From a virus, in the IMG/VR virus record IMGVR_UViG_3300042503_000983, positions 1-64,000 of that record: a DNA stretch of 64,000 nucleotides; one strand, given 5' to 3'. This document shows, piece by piece, positions 20,475 to 31,372 of this stretch (within the stretch, counting starts at the first letter, position 1; each line of letters opens with the position of its first letter). The position numbers and the translations under genes were made by a program. The notes beneath the pieces were generated by a model. That model did not search any database. It saw only the letters and a list, made by a program, of their open reading frames with translations, and had not been told where the DNA came from.

Positions 20475-21112
20475 TGGTTAGTAGTGCATATTTAAATTCT
20501 AGAAAAAAGTGGGAAAGACCACAAGCAATTATTTTTTCAAATAACTCTGGAGGAATTTTAAATGGTGTTCCACAAATTTCTGGAGTTGAAGGACAAGACT
20601 TCTTAATACTTTCTGACCATAATAGAAGTGACATTTCTTTTAATGCTAATAGAATTGAAAGTAAAAAAAGAATGGTAAATGGTCATATGCGTTCTTATCA
20701 TATTGCAGATAAGATGGAGATATCTTTTTCTTATGACATGCTTCCTTCAAGATCTTACAGCAAAGATCCAGAGTTTGATGAAAATGGAATTCAAACATCA
20801 GACTCTTTGGTTCCAGATACTCCAAAAAATCCAAGACTATTTCCAGCAGAGCACACCTTGATAGAATATACAGCAGATGGCGGTGCTGGAGGATCAGAGC
20901 TATTAGAATGGTACAAAACAAATCCAGGATCATTTTATGCATTTTTATCTTACGACAAGCCTCAAAGTTTTACTGTTGGAAAATATACTAGTTTAAATAA
21001 GTATTCAGAAGTGTTAGAAGTATTTTTCTCAGACTTTAGTTACAACGTTGTCAAAAGAGGTGGGTCTAATCACGATCTATGGGACATATCTATTTCTATT
21101 GAGGAGGTATAA
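20474..21112 (+). CDS. Putative distal tail protein
   Basis: Immediately after TMP; RMVNG.MR and C-terminal WDISISIEEV pattern. Confidence 0.6.
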   Translation: MVSSAYLNSRKKWERPQAIIFSNNSGGILNGVPQISGVEGQDFLILSDHNRSDISFNANRIESKKRMVNGHMRSYHIADKMEISFSYDMLPSRSYSKDPEFDENGIQTSDSLVPDTPKNPRLFPAEHTLIEYTADGGAGGSELLEWYKTNPGSFYAFLSYDKPQSFTVGKYTSLNKYSEVLEVFFSDFSYNVVKRGGSNHDLWDISISIEEV

Positions 21113-24100
21113 TGTTTTCAGATAATGATTTAATTAACCATCTTAAAACAAAGAATAGTGTATCCATAGATTCCTTGGTTATTGCAGAGTGGAATCAAAA
21201 TGATTTTACTAACCTTGAAAACTATGGTAACTATAGGTTTAGACCAGATGGATCAGATGTAGTATATAGAAATATTTATCCAGAATATGATCCACAAGAT
21301 GTTGTAAATTCTTATACCAATGCCTTGGATTCAAACTACATTTCTGAATATAAAACAGAAGACCCAGATGAGCCAGTTACTTTTATTACAAAAGAAAGTG
21401 ATAGAGAATCTTACTACTCTTTAAAGGATTGCATTAAGCCTTTTAGACCTAGATCTGGAATCAACAAGATGTTGTATTTTGGAGAGTCTAATATTAATAA
21501 TACCAAGTTTGTTGACAGCTTTAGATCTGGAAGAAGACCAAGGTATTATTTTTCTTCAAGGTTTGACAACTTTAAATACTGGAACTCTTATAGAAAAGAA
21601 TCTGGTCAAGAGTTTGGAATATCTAGTCAGGTTGCTACATTTTTTACCACTGATAATCCTTCTTACAAAATAAAAGACTGTGCCCCATTTGTTACTTACA
21701 AAAACAAGGTAGCTACAAATAGAATAGTCGTAAAGATGCAAACTAATCTAGCTGATCCAGCAGCAGTTGGTGTTAATGGAGACTCTCTAGTTCCTGAAGA
21801 AATTAGAAGAAACAATTCTTTAATAGCAGATCCAATGAAAGATATATCAAAATCTTCTGTTCCAAAAAAATGGAAAATACAATACCTTGATGAAAACAAT
21901 AACTGGGCTGACGCAATACAGTTTGATGAAACGTCTACTAGAAGAGATGGGTCAAGAATTGTTCCTTGGGATGGATATGTAGAAGTATATTATGGAATAA
22001 AAATTCCAGAAAGATTTAGAACAAACTTTAACCTATATAGCTATTTAGATTCTTTTGATCAATTACCAGACACTAGTTTGTACAATTTTTCTAACAATAC
22101 AAGAGATGGAGATGCATATATAGTTGGAGCCTCATCAACTAATGCAGGAACTCTTTATGTTTGGAGCCAGGAAGATGAAGAGTGGGCAGACTATGATGTA
22201 GAATATGGATTTTCACTATTAGAAGATGACGATACAAAAAGGCTTGGACTAGTTAAAAAAATATTAAATCCAGAATACTTTAACATTGAAGGTACTGACA
22301 TCTATAGAGAATTTGCCTTTGTTAAGGGAATTAGGCTAGTTGTTGAAACTATGTATGCTCCAAATAAAACTTTTGATTTAATTGAAATATCTCCAAGACT
22401 AAAGGTTAACATAACTGATTATGTTTTAGATTATGAAATTACTAAAAACATTATGGCAACAGACTATGGTCTTCCCGTTGGAGGTCTTGTTGCTTCAACT
22501 GGAAACGTATCCTTGTCAAACCATGACGGATCTTTTACAGAGTTAAATGTTTTTGACGAAGAGGATAAAACTGGGAGCATTATTGCAAACAATCTTAAGC
22601 CACAAATTAAATTTGACTTTTATGAAGCAGTTCTTAATGTTAATGGATATGATAAATTTATTCCACTAAAAACATTTTACTCAGAAAATGCAGCTATTGC
22701 AACCAGTGGCATGGAAGATATATCTTTAGACTTAAGAGATGCATATTTTATTCTAGAATCAAATAAAGCTGCACCAATATTTTTACAAAATTGTACCCTA
22801 ACCATGGCAGCAGCACTTCTTCTTGATAACATAGGTTTTAGTAACTATGTCTTTAAAAATATAACCTCTGTAAACGATCCTGTAATACCTTTTTTCTTTG
22901 TTGAACCAGACACTTCAGTTTCAGAAATTTTACAAAGACTAGCACAGTCTACTCAAACTGCAATGTTTTTTGACGAGTACAATAACTTTGTTATCATGCC
23001 AAAAGAATATTTGATGCCAGACATCTCTATTAGAGATAATAATTTAGCAATATCAGAAAGACTCACAAACTTATATGGTCAAAAAACTGATAACTTTGTT
23101 CCAAATATTGAGGCTATTGCAGGATTTGAAACAAACATTTTAAACGATGGTCAAATTAACTACACTACTAGATATATTCAAAGAGAAGTTTCAAGACTAG
23201 AGCAAGCAAGTCTTAGCCTAAGTGAAAGAACCTATGGATATAAGAGCTCTATCCTTTGGGAGCTTGGAGATCAAAAAGAATTAAGAACTATAAATCAGCC
23301 AACCGCTAATACAGGGTATGCACTTGGAGCTGTAACTTTAAATACAAGCTTACCAGACTTTGCTCCGTATGTAAGAAATCATCAAATTGTAAACAACACA
23401 ATTGATGTTGGAGAAAGTGCGTTTTGGCTACCAAGGTTTCAAGGATACTTGTATGCAAATGGAGAAATTATAAGATATGATGCTCAACAGTATCACGTTG
23501 ATGCCCCGTCTGCTTCTGCTACAAATGGTCTTGTTTGGATAACAAGTAATAATGAGTATCAAAAGTATTTTTCAAACTTGGTATTTAATGGAAAAATGAC
23601 TCTTACAGGGCTGCTTAGAATCTATACAGAACCTTACTACGAGAATGCTTCTGGATCAAATTTTGAGAACCTTGAAGAAAATGTTAGATATAAAAACGGA
23701 GATGTTAGGTCTCATGGTAGAGGTCAGTTTGGTACTGGAATAGTAAATCACTTTGCAGGACTAAATCCTTACTGGGAAGATCCAGACAATAGAAGGTCTT
23801 TTAGAATGGACTCAGGAAATATTTATAGCACTATTCCTGCAAAATTTTTTCCCAACTTGGAACTTGAAGTGCCAATTACAACTATAATACCTTATGAATT
23901 TTATACAGACAGTGAGTTTGTTCAAGGTATTTTAAATCCTAGACTATCCTATGGAAGAGGAAGTGAGCAGCACTATATTGCCAAAGCAATGGGATACACT
24001 GATCCATTAGCATACAGCGTAAGGGCTGCAGAAATGGTAGGGGTATATAGAAATTTAAGCCCTTATAGAAAAAATGTAATTACTGGAATGATAATAAGGG

Positions 24101-25968
24101 CTAATTCTAGTACACAAAATGTTTTTGGATACATGTCAGGATTTAATATGACTCAAATTTCTGATGAGCCACCAAGGTACAACTACGCCATGCCACTTGG
24201 AGATGATCCAATTTCTAAAAGCCAATCCCTAGTTCATGGAAAAATTGCAAACTTTATGAAACAATCAACAAGAACAGAAGGATTTTCTAGCTATAGTCAG
24301 CAAGACACTGCTGGAATTCAGTCCTCAGCTTTAGTTTTTTCAGGACCATATCCAGTACCATCTTTAGCAAACCCAGTATTTAACAGAACAGAACTATCTG
24401 CTACTACTGAAACAGATTTAGTAAACTATGTTTATAAAAGTTTAGATACAGATTATACTCATGTTGGAACTAGAATGAGAATTATTGGAAAACAAAAAGA
24501 TGACGATACTCAGTCTGCTTTAAATTCTATAAAACTATTTGATATTGATCAAAATAGTTCCACAGGAGGATTAAATGTAAAAGAGCTTTCTGGTGGAGCT
24601 GGAGGAATTGGATACATGCTAGATCCAATAACAAACTCTGGATACTACCTTGAAATTGCATCCCTTTCTTCAGATGTTTTAAAAGAGTTTACTAATAGTG
24701 GCTCAGTATCTTCTGGCTCAGTATCTTCTGGCTCAGTATCTTCTGGCTCAGTATCATATGAACCAGTTATTGAAAACATAATTTTTTATAAAGTTGAAAA
24801 TAGACCATACCTTAGACAGAAAACTGGAAAAACAAATATTGCAGTTCCTAAAAAGCTTTGGGGGTCTCTTGCAAGAATTCTTGTAGATGAAGGAAAGTTT
24901 ATAGGATCTGACAGGGCAACTTCTCAAGAAATTCCAGTGTACGATCTATCTTTGGATGTACAAATTTCTAGAAATGGATCAAGAATATCAAGAATAGATT
25001 TTTCCATATACTTAAACAATGTATTAATTGGAATAGTAAGTGACGAAACTCCATTACAAATGCCAGTTGATGGATTAAAAACTGGACTATTTACTAGAGG
25101 TTCAAGCAGATGTATGTTTGAAAATATTTATGCCCTAAAGAATATAAAAGAAAACGACACCCCTTTGCTTGAAAAAATTGAAGGAGCATTTTCTGCAGAA
25201 TCTCTGAGAAAGTATTCCCTTCCAGCAGCAATTCAAAGAACATACATGTCTTCCATTGGAACAGAGACAAGACCAACTGTAGATTTTTATTTTGAAGAGT
25301 TTGGCACAATTTTAAGAGAATGTGCATATTTTAATATTAAGTATGACCAAGCTTATCCAGCATTAATTGCAAAAATAGTTCCCCCATTTACTGTTGAAAA
25401 ATCATATGAAATTTCTGGATTTTTGCCAGGATCATATGGAGCAGAGTTTTTATTATTCAATACAACAGACAAGGCAATAGACTTGAGTGAAAATTCTACC
25501 AATAGAATTATGATTCAAGGAATAACTTTTACTCAAAATATATCAAATGTCCTTACTGTAGACGATTACTTTAAGGAACTATCGAACTTCTCTGATCCAG
25601 TTATTACAGAAAATAATTTAATAATTTCTCCAGAAAGGTCAGAAAAAATTTATGATAACATTAAGAACAGTAGGGCTATTTATGGAAACAAATCATTTTC
25701 TTTAGATTCTGTTTATATTCAAAATGAAGACTCTGCAAAAGATGTTATGAAGTGGATTCTAGATAAAACTATTAAACCAAGAAAGGTTTTTGAAATAGAT
25801 ACTTTTGGAACTTCTCATATACAACTTGGAGATATCGTTAAGATAGATTTTGACTTACCAGAAGGAGTTAAGCTAGTGGATGAGAACAAGAAGTTTGTAG
25901 TAATATCTGCTACATACAACAGATCTTCTTCGGATGTTCAAAGTCAATTAAGGTTGATGGAGGTTTAA
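21112..25968 (+). CDS. Large tail-tip/baseplate hub protein, 1618 aa
   Basis: Synteny; hub-like segments AMFFDEYNNF and IQLGDIV. Confidence 0.75.
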   Translation: MFSDNDLINHLKTKNSVSIDSLVIAEWNQNDFTNLENYGNYRFRPDGSDVVYRNIYPEYDPQDVVNSYTNALDSNYISEYKTEDPDEPVTFITKESDRESYYSLKDCIKPFRPRSGINKMLYFGESNINNTKFVDSFRSGRRPRYYFSSRFDNFKYWNSYRKESGQEFGISSQVATFFTTDNPSYKIKDCAPFVTYKNKVATNRIVVKMQTNLADPAAVGVNGDSLVPEEIRRNNSLIADPMKDISKSSVPKKWKIQYLDENNNWADAIQFDETSTRRDGSRIVPWDGYVEVYYGIKIPERFRTNFNLYSYLDSFDQLPDTSLYNFSNNTRDGDAYIVGASSTNAGTLYVWSQEDEEWADYDVEYGFSLLEDDDTKRLGLVKKILNPEYFNIEGTDIYREFAFVKGIRLVVETMYAPNKTFDLIEISPRLKVNITDYVLDYEITKNIMATDYGLPVGGLVASTGNVSLSNHDGSFTELNVFDEEDKTGSIIANNLKPQIKFDFYEAVLNVNGYDKFIPLKTFYSENAAIATSGMEDISLDLRDAYFILESNKAAPIFLQNCTLTMAAALLLDNIGFSNYVFKNITSVNDPVIPFFFVEPDTSVSEILQRLAQSTQTAMFFDEYNNFVIMPKEYLMPDISIRDNNLAISERLTNLYGQKTDNFVPNIEAIAGFETNILNDGQINYTTRYIQREVSRLEQASLSLSERTYGYKSSILWELGDQKELRTINQPTANTGYALGAVTLNTSLPDFAPYVRNHQIVNNTIDVGESAFWLPRFQGYLYANGEIIRYDAQQYHVDAPSASATNGLVWITSNNEYQKYFSNLVFNGKMTLTGLLRIYTEPYYENASGSNFENLEENVRYKNGDVRSHGRGQFGTGIVNHFAGLNPYWEDPDNRRSFRMDSGNIYSTIPAKFFPNLELEVPITTIIPYEFYTDSEFVQGILNPRLSYGRGSEQHYIAKAMGYTDPLAYSVRAAEMVGVYRNLSPYRKNVITGMIIRANSSTQNVFGYMSGFNMTQISDEPPRYNYAMPLGDDPISKSQSLVHGKIANFMKQSTRTEGFSSYSQQDTAGIQSSALVFSGPYPVPSLANPVFNRTELSATTETDLVNYVYKSLDTDYTHVGTRMRIIGKQKDDDTQSALNSIKLFDIDQNSSTGGLNVKELSGGAGGIGYMLDPITNSGYYLEIASLSSDVLKEFTNSGSVSSGSVSSGSVSSGSVSYEPVIENIIFYKVENRPYLRQKTGKTNIAVPKKLWGSLARILVDEGKFIGSDRATSQEIPVYDLSLDVQISRNGSRISRIDFSIYLNNVLIGIVSDETPLQMPVDGLKTGLFTRGSSRCMFENIYALKNIKENDTPLLEKIEGAFSAESLRKYSLPAAIQRTYMSSIGTETRPTVDFYFEEFGTILRECAYFNIKYDQAYPALIAKIVPPFTVEKSYEISGFLPGSYGAEFLLFNTTDKAIDLSENSTNRIMIQGITFTQNISNVLTVDDYFKELSNFSDPVITENNLIISPERSEKIYDNIKNSRAIYGNKSFSLDSVYIQNEDSAKDVMKWILDKTIKPRKVFEIDTFGTSHIQLGDIVKIDFDLPEGVKLVDENKKFVVISATYNRSSSDVQSQLRLMEV
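24699..24755 (+). repeat. Perfect 15-bp tandem repeat x3.8 encoding (SGSVS)n
   Basis: TGGCTCAGTATCTTC repeated without mismatch. Confidence 0.95.
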
Positions 25969-25970
25969 AC

Positions 25971-26537
25971 ATGTCAACTTCTGTAAACTCTGCATCCCCT
26001 ATGTCAGCCAACCCTTCGCCAACAACTACAAGCTCAACATCTGGTCAAAATGCTGTAAAAACTCCAACTAGAAATATTACTGACATAGCTTCCTTAGTTC
26101 CACAATATGATGCAGAATATATACAACAAGTACTTTTTGAAAATCTTTCAGCTATAGAATTGTCAAGAGTTGAAAGACACGACACTATTGAAGGAATTAA
26201 TCAAAGATATTCAATTATTTCTAATCTATCTGAAATAAGAAAAAAGTACGAAGCAACAAAGCAGCTTACCATCATGGATAAGTTTCAGCCATTGACAGGA
26301 ATTTATACAATAAATATTCAAGATAAAATTCCTCAAGAAGATTATATAATTTTGCAAGATCTTAATGCAGAGTATCAATATTTAGACGAGAATAACCTAG
26401 TTGTTTCTCGTGAAAAAGGATACTATTACTTTGATAGGAATGGAGATCTTGTTATAGACCTTATAAATCTAGAAAAAAATCAACAGGTAGAAATTTTAAT
26501 AGACACAAATGGTACAATATATAGGGTGGAATCATGA
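25971..26537 (+). CDS. Minor tail protein
   Basis: Synteny; RBS GGAGG. Confidence 0.55.
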   Translation: MSTSVNSASPMSANPSPTTTSSTSGQNAVKTPTRNITDIASLVPQYDAEYIQQVLFENLSAIELSRVERHDTIEGINQRYSIISNLSEIRKKYEATKQLTIMDKFQPLTGIYTINIQDKIPQEDYIILQDLNAEYQYLDENNLVVSREKGYYYFDRNGDLVIDLINLEKNQQVEILIDTNGTIYRVES

Positions 26538-27700
26538 TTACAACAGATGGAAAAAATATTGTAGCTAAATATCTTTTAAACCAGGCTCCAGAATTTGCAA
26601 GTCACATTGCGATAGGAGTTGGTGGAAATGCTATTGCTACATCAGATACAGAGACTACTTTCTCTCCAACTGCAGAGTCTTTAGAATTTGAGGTTGCAAG
26701 AGTTCCAATTTTGTCAAAAGGTCTCTTAAGAGAAGATGGACAAGAAAAAATTGTTTTTAAAGCAGAGCTTCCTATTGAGCAAAGATATCAAATTACTGAA
26801 ATTGGATTATATCCAGCAGCTAAAAATGCTGTGGCAGGAAATTTTGACAGTAGAATTATTTCAACTTTTAACAACACTGAGCCATGGACATACTCTAATA
26901 GTGTTAATGACTCTGGAACTATTCTTTACATTGGACCAGTTCCCATTGATCCAGTAAATATTGGAGACATAAATGTTTCTAATGAGTCCTGGGATGACTT
27001 TGTTTTTATAAATAGCAACTCTTCAATATTTGAATACTCAGATAGAATTAATAGAGGAGAGCAGCCAAGATATCTGAATAGAAGTATGATGGTTTCTGGA
27101 GACACCTCTACTGTTACAGGAACTTCAGGATCAGCTTCTTTAATAAACGTTTCTAGCAGTACTTCTTATTATATTGAAAACAATTCCATTAACTTAAACT
27201 TGGGAAAAAATCTTCCTACTGATAAAATAAAATTAGCATTTTCAGTAGTAAGCATTGCAAGAGAAGAGGTAGAAGCTCTTCCTCCAAGCAATGTTAAAAT
27301 TAGATTAGAATTTTTAAATAACTTAGGACCTTCTATAGCAAAGTCTTATGTAAATATTGTGCTAACAGATGAAGATTTAAAAGCTCTTGATGAAGATAGA
27401 GAAATGAGATATCAAGTTGTTACAAAAAATCTTTCCGAATTTACTACTACTGAAAATTTCTCATGGTCATCAATAACTGGTATAAGAATATATACATGTA
27501 TTCATGATGATGAAAATATTGAAACTGGAGAACACTACGTTTTATATGACGGTATAAGATTTGAAAATACTTCTAGTTACAACCCCCTTTACTCCTTGGT
27601 AGCTGCTGAATATATCAAAACATTGGATCAAAATCCAGTTTTAAAGAAAGAAAACTCTATAAGTTATATAGAGTATAGGTTTGGCATAGGAGTTTCCTAG
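26534..27700 (+). CDS. Minor tail/baseplate protein
   Basis: MITTDGK..HIAIGVG..LEFEVAR..ITEIGLY resembles the N-termini of tail-fibre anchoring proteins. Confidence 0.65.
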   Translation: MITTDGKNIVAKYLLNQAPEFASHIAIGVGGNAIATSDTETTFSPTAESLEFEVARVPILSKGLLREDGQEKIVFKAELPIEQRYQITEIGLYPAAKNAVAGNFDSRIISTFNNTEPWTYSNSVNDSGTILYIGPVPIDPVNIGDINVSNESWDDFVFINSNSSIFEYSDRINRGEQPRYLNRSMMVSGDTSTVTGTSGSASLINVSSSTSYYIENNSINLNLGKNLPTDKIKLAFSVVSIAREEVEALPPSNVKIRLEFLNNLGPSIAKSYVNIVLTDEDLKALDEDREMRYQVVTKNLSEFTTTENFSWSSITGIRIYTCIHDDENIETGEHYVLYDGIRFENTSSYNPLYSLVAAEYIKTLDQNPVLKKENSISYIEYRFGIGVS

Positions 27701-28314
27701 TGGCAGAAATAAGAATTCCTGTAGAAAAATTGCCTCCTCCAGATAAGAATGGAGACCATGCAATTCAATTTAGAGTAATATCTGTAGATAAAAACCAGTG
27801 GTCAGCTTGGTCTCAACTTTATATTCTTAAAAGTATTGGGCAATATAGACCTTTAGAGTCAGATATTGTTGCAATTATTTCTGATGATGAAGTTACTTTA
27901 ACTTGGGATACTCCAACTATATATAATTACGATGGAACTTCAGATGCAGTTGTAATACAGGAAGACGAAAGCGTTCTTGTAAATTCTGCATCAGTTGTTG
28001 TTCACAATCATTCTCAAAACTATAAACAGCACGATACAGATGTTTTTGTTCAGTGGGGAGGATCAGCAATGGGTAATTTTCAATATCACGACAGAGTTTC
28101 TGCTGATACTACTAGCATTGTTATTCCAAACGAGTCTGCTTCTGTAAGAGTTTTTGGCGTAGTTGCTTTAAAAGATATACCTCAGCCATACACCTTTGAA
28201 GCATCTGCTAGTTATCAAGAAAGACTTGACGAGTATCTTGGAATATCTGGATCAACTCAAGGAGTCTATGATTTGTTTAAAGTTTTTGATACAGGAGTTC
28301 AGTCACTAAGCTGA
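27700..28314 (+). CDS. Minor tail protein, FN3/Ig-like
   Basis: FRVISVD...SAWS and VTLTWD motifs. Confidence 0.55.
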   Translation: MAEIRIPVEKLPPPDKNGDHAIQFRVISVDKNQWSAWSQLYILKSIGQYRPLESDIVAIISDDEVTLTWDTPTIYNYDGTSDAVVIQEDESVLVNSASVVVHNHSQNYKQHDTDVFVQWGGSAMGNFQYHDRVSADTTSIVIPNESASVRVFGVVALKDIPQPYTFEASASYQERLDEYLGISGSTQGVYDLFKVFDTGVQSLS

Positions 28315-28336
28315 TATAATTAAGTAGGAGAAAAAA

Positions 28337-28771
28337 ATGGCACAAATTGAAACACCAGATAGAGGTCAACCACTTGACATATCTTATCTATATAGAATAG
28401 TTAATGAAATAAACAATGTTTCTTCATTAATTGGCAGAACTATTTCAAAAATTAAGTACAGAGATACGGCTACTCCATCTCTCGTACCAACATCAAGCTT
28501 AACTTTTTATGCAGAAACACAAAAAATTATTGATGCTAACCTGTCTGTTCAGCCAAATGCTCCAGCCTCATTTGACTACTCTGGAATATTTAGAACCACT
28601 CCAATCGTTATTTGTTCAGTAACCTCTGTACTTGGTGTTTCCAATCTTTATGCAGTTTTGAGTGGAGTTACACAAAACTCTTGCCAGGTAAATGTTTTCT
28701 CATCTTCAACAAGTGGTGCTTTTTCTGCAGATGTTTCCATCTTGGTAATTGGTGAAAGAATTAGTTCTTAG
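28337..28771 (+). CDS. Minor tail/fibre protein
   Basis: C-terminal FRTTPIVICSV beta domain; TGATATAAT upstream; RBS AGGAG. Confidence 0.55.
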   Translation: MAQIETPDRGQPLDISYLYRIVNEINNVSSLIGRTISKIKYRDTATPSLVPTSSLTFYAETQKIIDANLSVQPNAPASFDYSGIFRTTPIVICSVTSVLGVSNLYAVLSGVTQNSCQVNVFSSSTSGAFSADVSILVIGERISS

Positions 28772-28780
28772 GCAGATAAA

Positions 28781-29293
28781 ATGTCACAGCCACAGGATAA
28801 AATAAATCCTTGTAAAAAAATATTCTTTTTAAATGGGGATCTAATAAAAGTATTTCATATTAATAAAAGTAGCAATATTGTAAACTTTTTTAATGTAACT
28901 CAGGATAAGGAACAAAGTATGCTATATTCTGATTTTAAGAAACATAGAAAAAGGGCTTACACGATAGCAAATACTGCAAGACTTTTAAATAGATCAAGAG
29001 TTCAGTTTCAAAGAATTATTGCTAATGGCTTGATTCCTGAACCTATAGGTGATAGTATTGGTGGAGAAAGAGGTTTTCAAATTAATGCTTATTATTCTGA
29101 AGACCATGTGTTTGAAATTAGAGAAATTATGACAACAGTTCATGGTGGTAGACCTAGAAAAGATGGTAGGATTACCCCTAGAAACGTACTAACAGAGCAA
29201 GACTTGCGTTCCAGAATGGGAGATGCTATAATGCTTTATACGAAGACATCGGATGGGCGTTTCATTCCGACTTGGCAAGAAGAGACATGGTAG
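28781..29293 (+). CDS. DNA-binding protein, MerR-like HTH
   Basis: YTIANTARLLNRSR...GLIP.P...YYSEDHV pattern. Confidence 0.65.
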   Translation: MSQPQDKINPCKKIFFLNGDLIKVFHINKSSNIVNFFNVTQDKEQSMLYSDFKKHRKRAYTIANTARLLNRSRVQFQRIIANGLIPEPIGDSIGGERGFQINAYYSEDHVFEIREIMTTVHGGRPRKDGRITPRNVLTEQDLRSRMGDAIMLYTKTSDGRFIPTWQEETW

Positions 29294-29302
29294 GAGACCA
29301 AA

Positions 29303-29506
29303 ATGTCAGAAACAACAAATGTTTCAGTAACACTAGGATATACACTTAATCTTGGAAATTTTCAAAGTCTAAGAATTGATATTGGAATTACAGATTTTGT
29401 TCGTAGTGGAGAAAATACAGATCAGGCTCTTGATAGAGTATATGAGTTTGTAGAAAATAAAGTAATTCAAAAGGTTGAAGAAGCTAAGAAAGAACTAGAG
29501 GACTAG
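29303..29506 (+). CDS. Hypothetical protein
   Basis: RBS AGGAG; coupled to the next gene. Confidence 0.7.
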   Translation: MSETTNVSVTLGYTLNLGNFQSLRIDIGITDFVRSGENTDQALDRVYEFVENKVIQKVEEAKKELED

Positions 29507-29814
29507 TGGCGGATAAGAAAGATCGCTTTGCACTAATATCTAGATATAAGAAATTACTTAAAGAAAAAAACTTAAACGAAGAAAACATCAACATTCACAT
29601 CCAGCAGTGGGCTGCAGACTCGTTGATCGAATCATACGGTATAGAGCAAAGTTATGATCTGATTGAATACTATGTCAGTGTGTCTGCATCCCCAACTTGG
29701 AAATGGTTAGTAAATAATGCTGATAAAGTTTATGATGCAAAAAGAATTAAAGAAGAGGATCTTGCAACAAGAAAGTTGTTAAGAGAACAAGCAAAGGAAT
29801 GGCTAAATAGGTAA
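29506..29814 (+). CDS. Hypothetical protein directly upstream of the helicase
   Basis: Stop/start overlaps on both sides. Confidence 0.65.
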   Translation: MADKKDRFALISRYKKLLKEKNLNEENINIHIQQWAADSLIESYGIEQSYDLIEYYVSVSASPTWKWLVNNADKVYDAKRIKEEDLATRKLLREQAKEWLNR

Positions 29815-31028
29815 TGTCTGATTTAGAAGCAAAGGTACTATCTGCAGTTTTAAATGATAAGCAAATTCATGTGCTGTTTCAGGCAAACCCAGATACTTTG
29901 TTTAGAACTCATAAAGACGTATGGGACTTTATAAAAAATTATTATGAGCAAAACTCTACAGTTCCAACACAGTCCCTTTTGGTAGAAAAGTTTAGAGACT
30001 TTCATCCTGTAGGAGAAATTGGCACAACAAAGCATCACCTAGAAGAGTTAAGAACTCAATTTTTAGAAGACCATTTAAGAAATGCACTAATGACCAGTGC
30101 AAAGCAATTGAATGAGCATCAGCCAATCGAAGCTCTTAATTCAATAATTTCAAAAACATCAGACCTTAAAAGAATCAGCTCTGATGTAAGAGATATTGAT
30201 GCAACAGATGTAGAAGATGCTTCTGCACACTTTATACACATTAAGGAGTTAAGTGAAAAAGGCATACATGGTGTTAGAACAAATCTTGCAGGTTTTGATA
30301 ACTACTTACCTGGTGGTATTGCTCCTGGTCAGTTTGGTATTCTCCTTGCTTATCCTGCCATTGGTAAGTCTTGGCTCGCTATTTTTATGGCTGTACAGGC
30401 GTGGAAGGCTGGGAAAAAGCCACTAATAGTTTCTCTTGAAATGACAGAAAAAGAAGTAAGAAATCGTGTCTATACAATTATGGCTGAAGGATATTTTTCA
30501 CACAGAAAATTAAGTGCAGGTATGATTGATATTGAAGGATTTGAAAATTGGGCTAAGCAAAATTTAAAAGACAAGCCACCATTCTATATTATTTCTAATG
30601 ATGGTCTTGCAGACGTTTCTCCCTCTGTTATTAGAGGAAAGATAGATCAGTATTCCCCAGATGTAGTATTTGTTGATTACATTCAGCTAATGAATTCAAA
30701 TCAAGGAAATGATAATGAGGTTGTAAAGATTAAGAATATCTCTAGAGAGTTAAAGGTTCTTGCAATTTCTTCTCAAGTTCCAATTGTTGCAATTGCCTCT
30801 GCTACACCTGACGATGCAACTGACATGAATAGCGTTCCCTCACTTGGTCAAGTTGCCTGGTCAAAGCAGTTAGCATATGATGCTGACTGGGTTTTGGCAC
30901 TTGGTCGTGCTACTGGAAGCACAATTCTAGAATGCATCTTTAGAAAAAATCGCCATGGATTCTGTGGAGAATTTATGGTAGATATTGACTTTGACTCAGG
31001 TCGCTTTATTTACAAGGATTTTGAATAA
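29814..31028 (+). CDS. dnaB: Replicative DnaB-like helicase
   Basis: Walker A AYPAIGKS; SLEM, VDYIQLM, SRELK, YDAD, KNRHG. Confidence 0.95.
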   Translation: MSDLEAKVLSAVLNDKQIHVLFQANPDTLFRTHKDVWDFIKNYYEQNSTVPTQSLLVEKFRDFHPVGEIGTTKHHLEELRTQFLEDHLRNALMTSAKQLNEHQPIEALNSIISKTSDLKRISSDVRDIDATDVEDASAHFIHIKELSEKGIHGVRTNLAGFDNYLPGGIAPGQFGILLAYPAIGKSWLAIFMAVQAWKAGKKPLIVSLEMTEKEVRNRVYTIMAEGYFSHRKLSAGMIDIEGFENWAKQNLKDKPPFYIISNDGLADVSPSVIRGKIDQYSPDVVFVDYIQLMNSNQGNDNEVVKIKNISRELKVLAISSQVPIVAIASATPDDATDMNSVPSLGQVAWSKQLAYDADWVLALGRATGSTILECIFRKNRHGFCGEFMVDIDFDSGRFIYKDFE

Positions 31029-31060
31029 AAGTAGTTAATTTCATTGATATAATTGATAGT

Positions 31061-31372
31061 ATGTACGCTCATAAGTCAATAAAAAGATTTAGCCTTGATG
31101 GTGAAATTTATGATGATTCCCATATTGTAAGGCTAAAAGAGCAGTACTACAACATGATTGTTGCTGGAATGAAATCTGATGGATATGTTCCAAGATATGA
31201 CATTGACACAGACTTTACAATTAGTTATAATGGTAAGACGTTTAATTTTGAGATATCAATATATGGCGTATATGTAGGAAAGAGAACAGCAGAGTGTATA
31301 TCAGGGATAGACAAAAACAAGCCAGTGATGGCTTCCTCTACTCAGAGGATCAAGTCAGAAGAAGTCTGCTAG
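31061..31372 (+). CDS. Hypothetical protein, leaderless
   Basis: TGATATAAT 31045-31053, 7 nt before ATG. Confidence 0.7.
   Translation: MYAHKSIKRFSLDGEIYDDSHIVRLKEQYYNMIVAGMKSDGYVPRYDIDTDFTISYNGKTFNFEISIYGVYVGKRTAECISGIDKNKPVMASSTQRIKSEEVC

Noticed and set aside
19869-24114. Duplicated module as a diversity-generating retroelement TR/VR pair
   Set aside because: Differences are not adenine-specific, both copies are coding and highly diverged, and no reverse transcriptase is in the window
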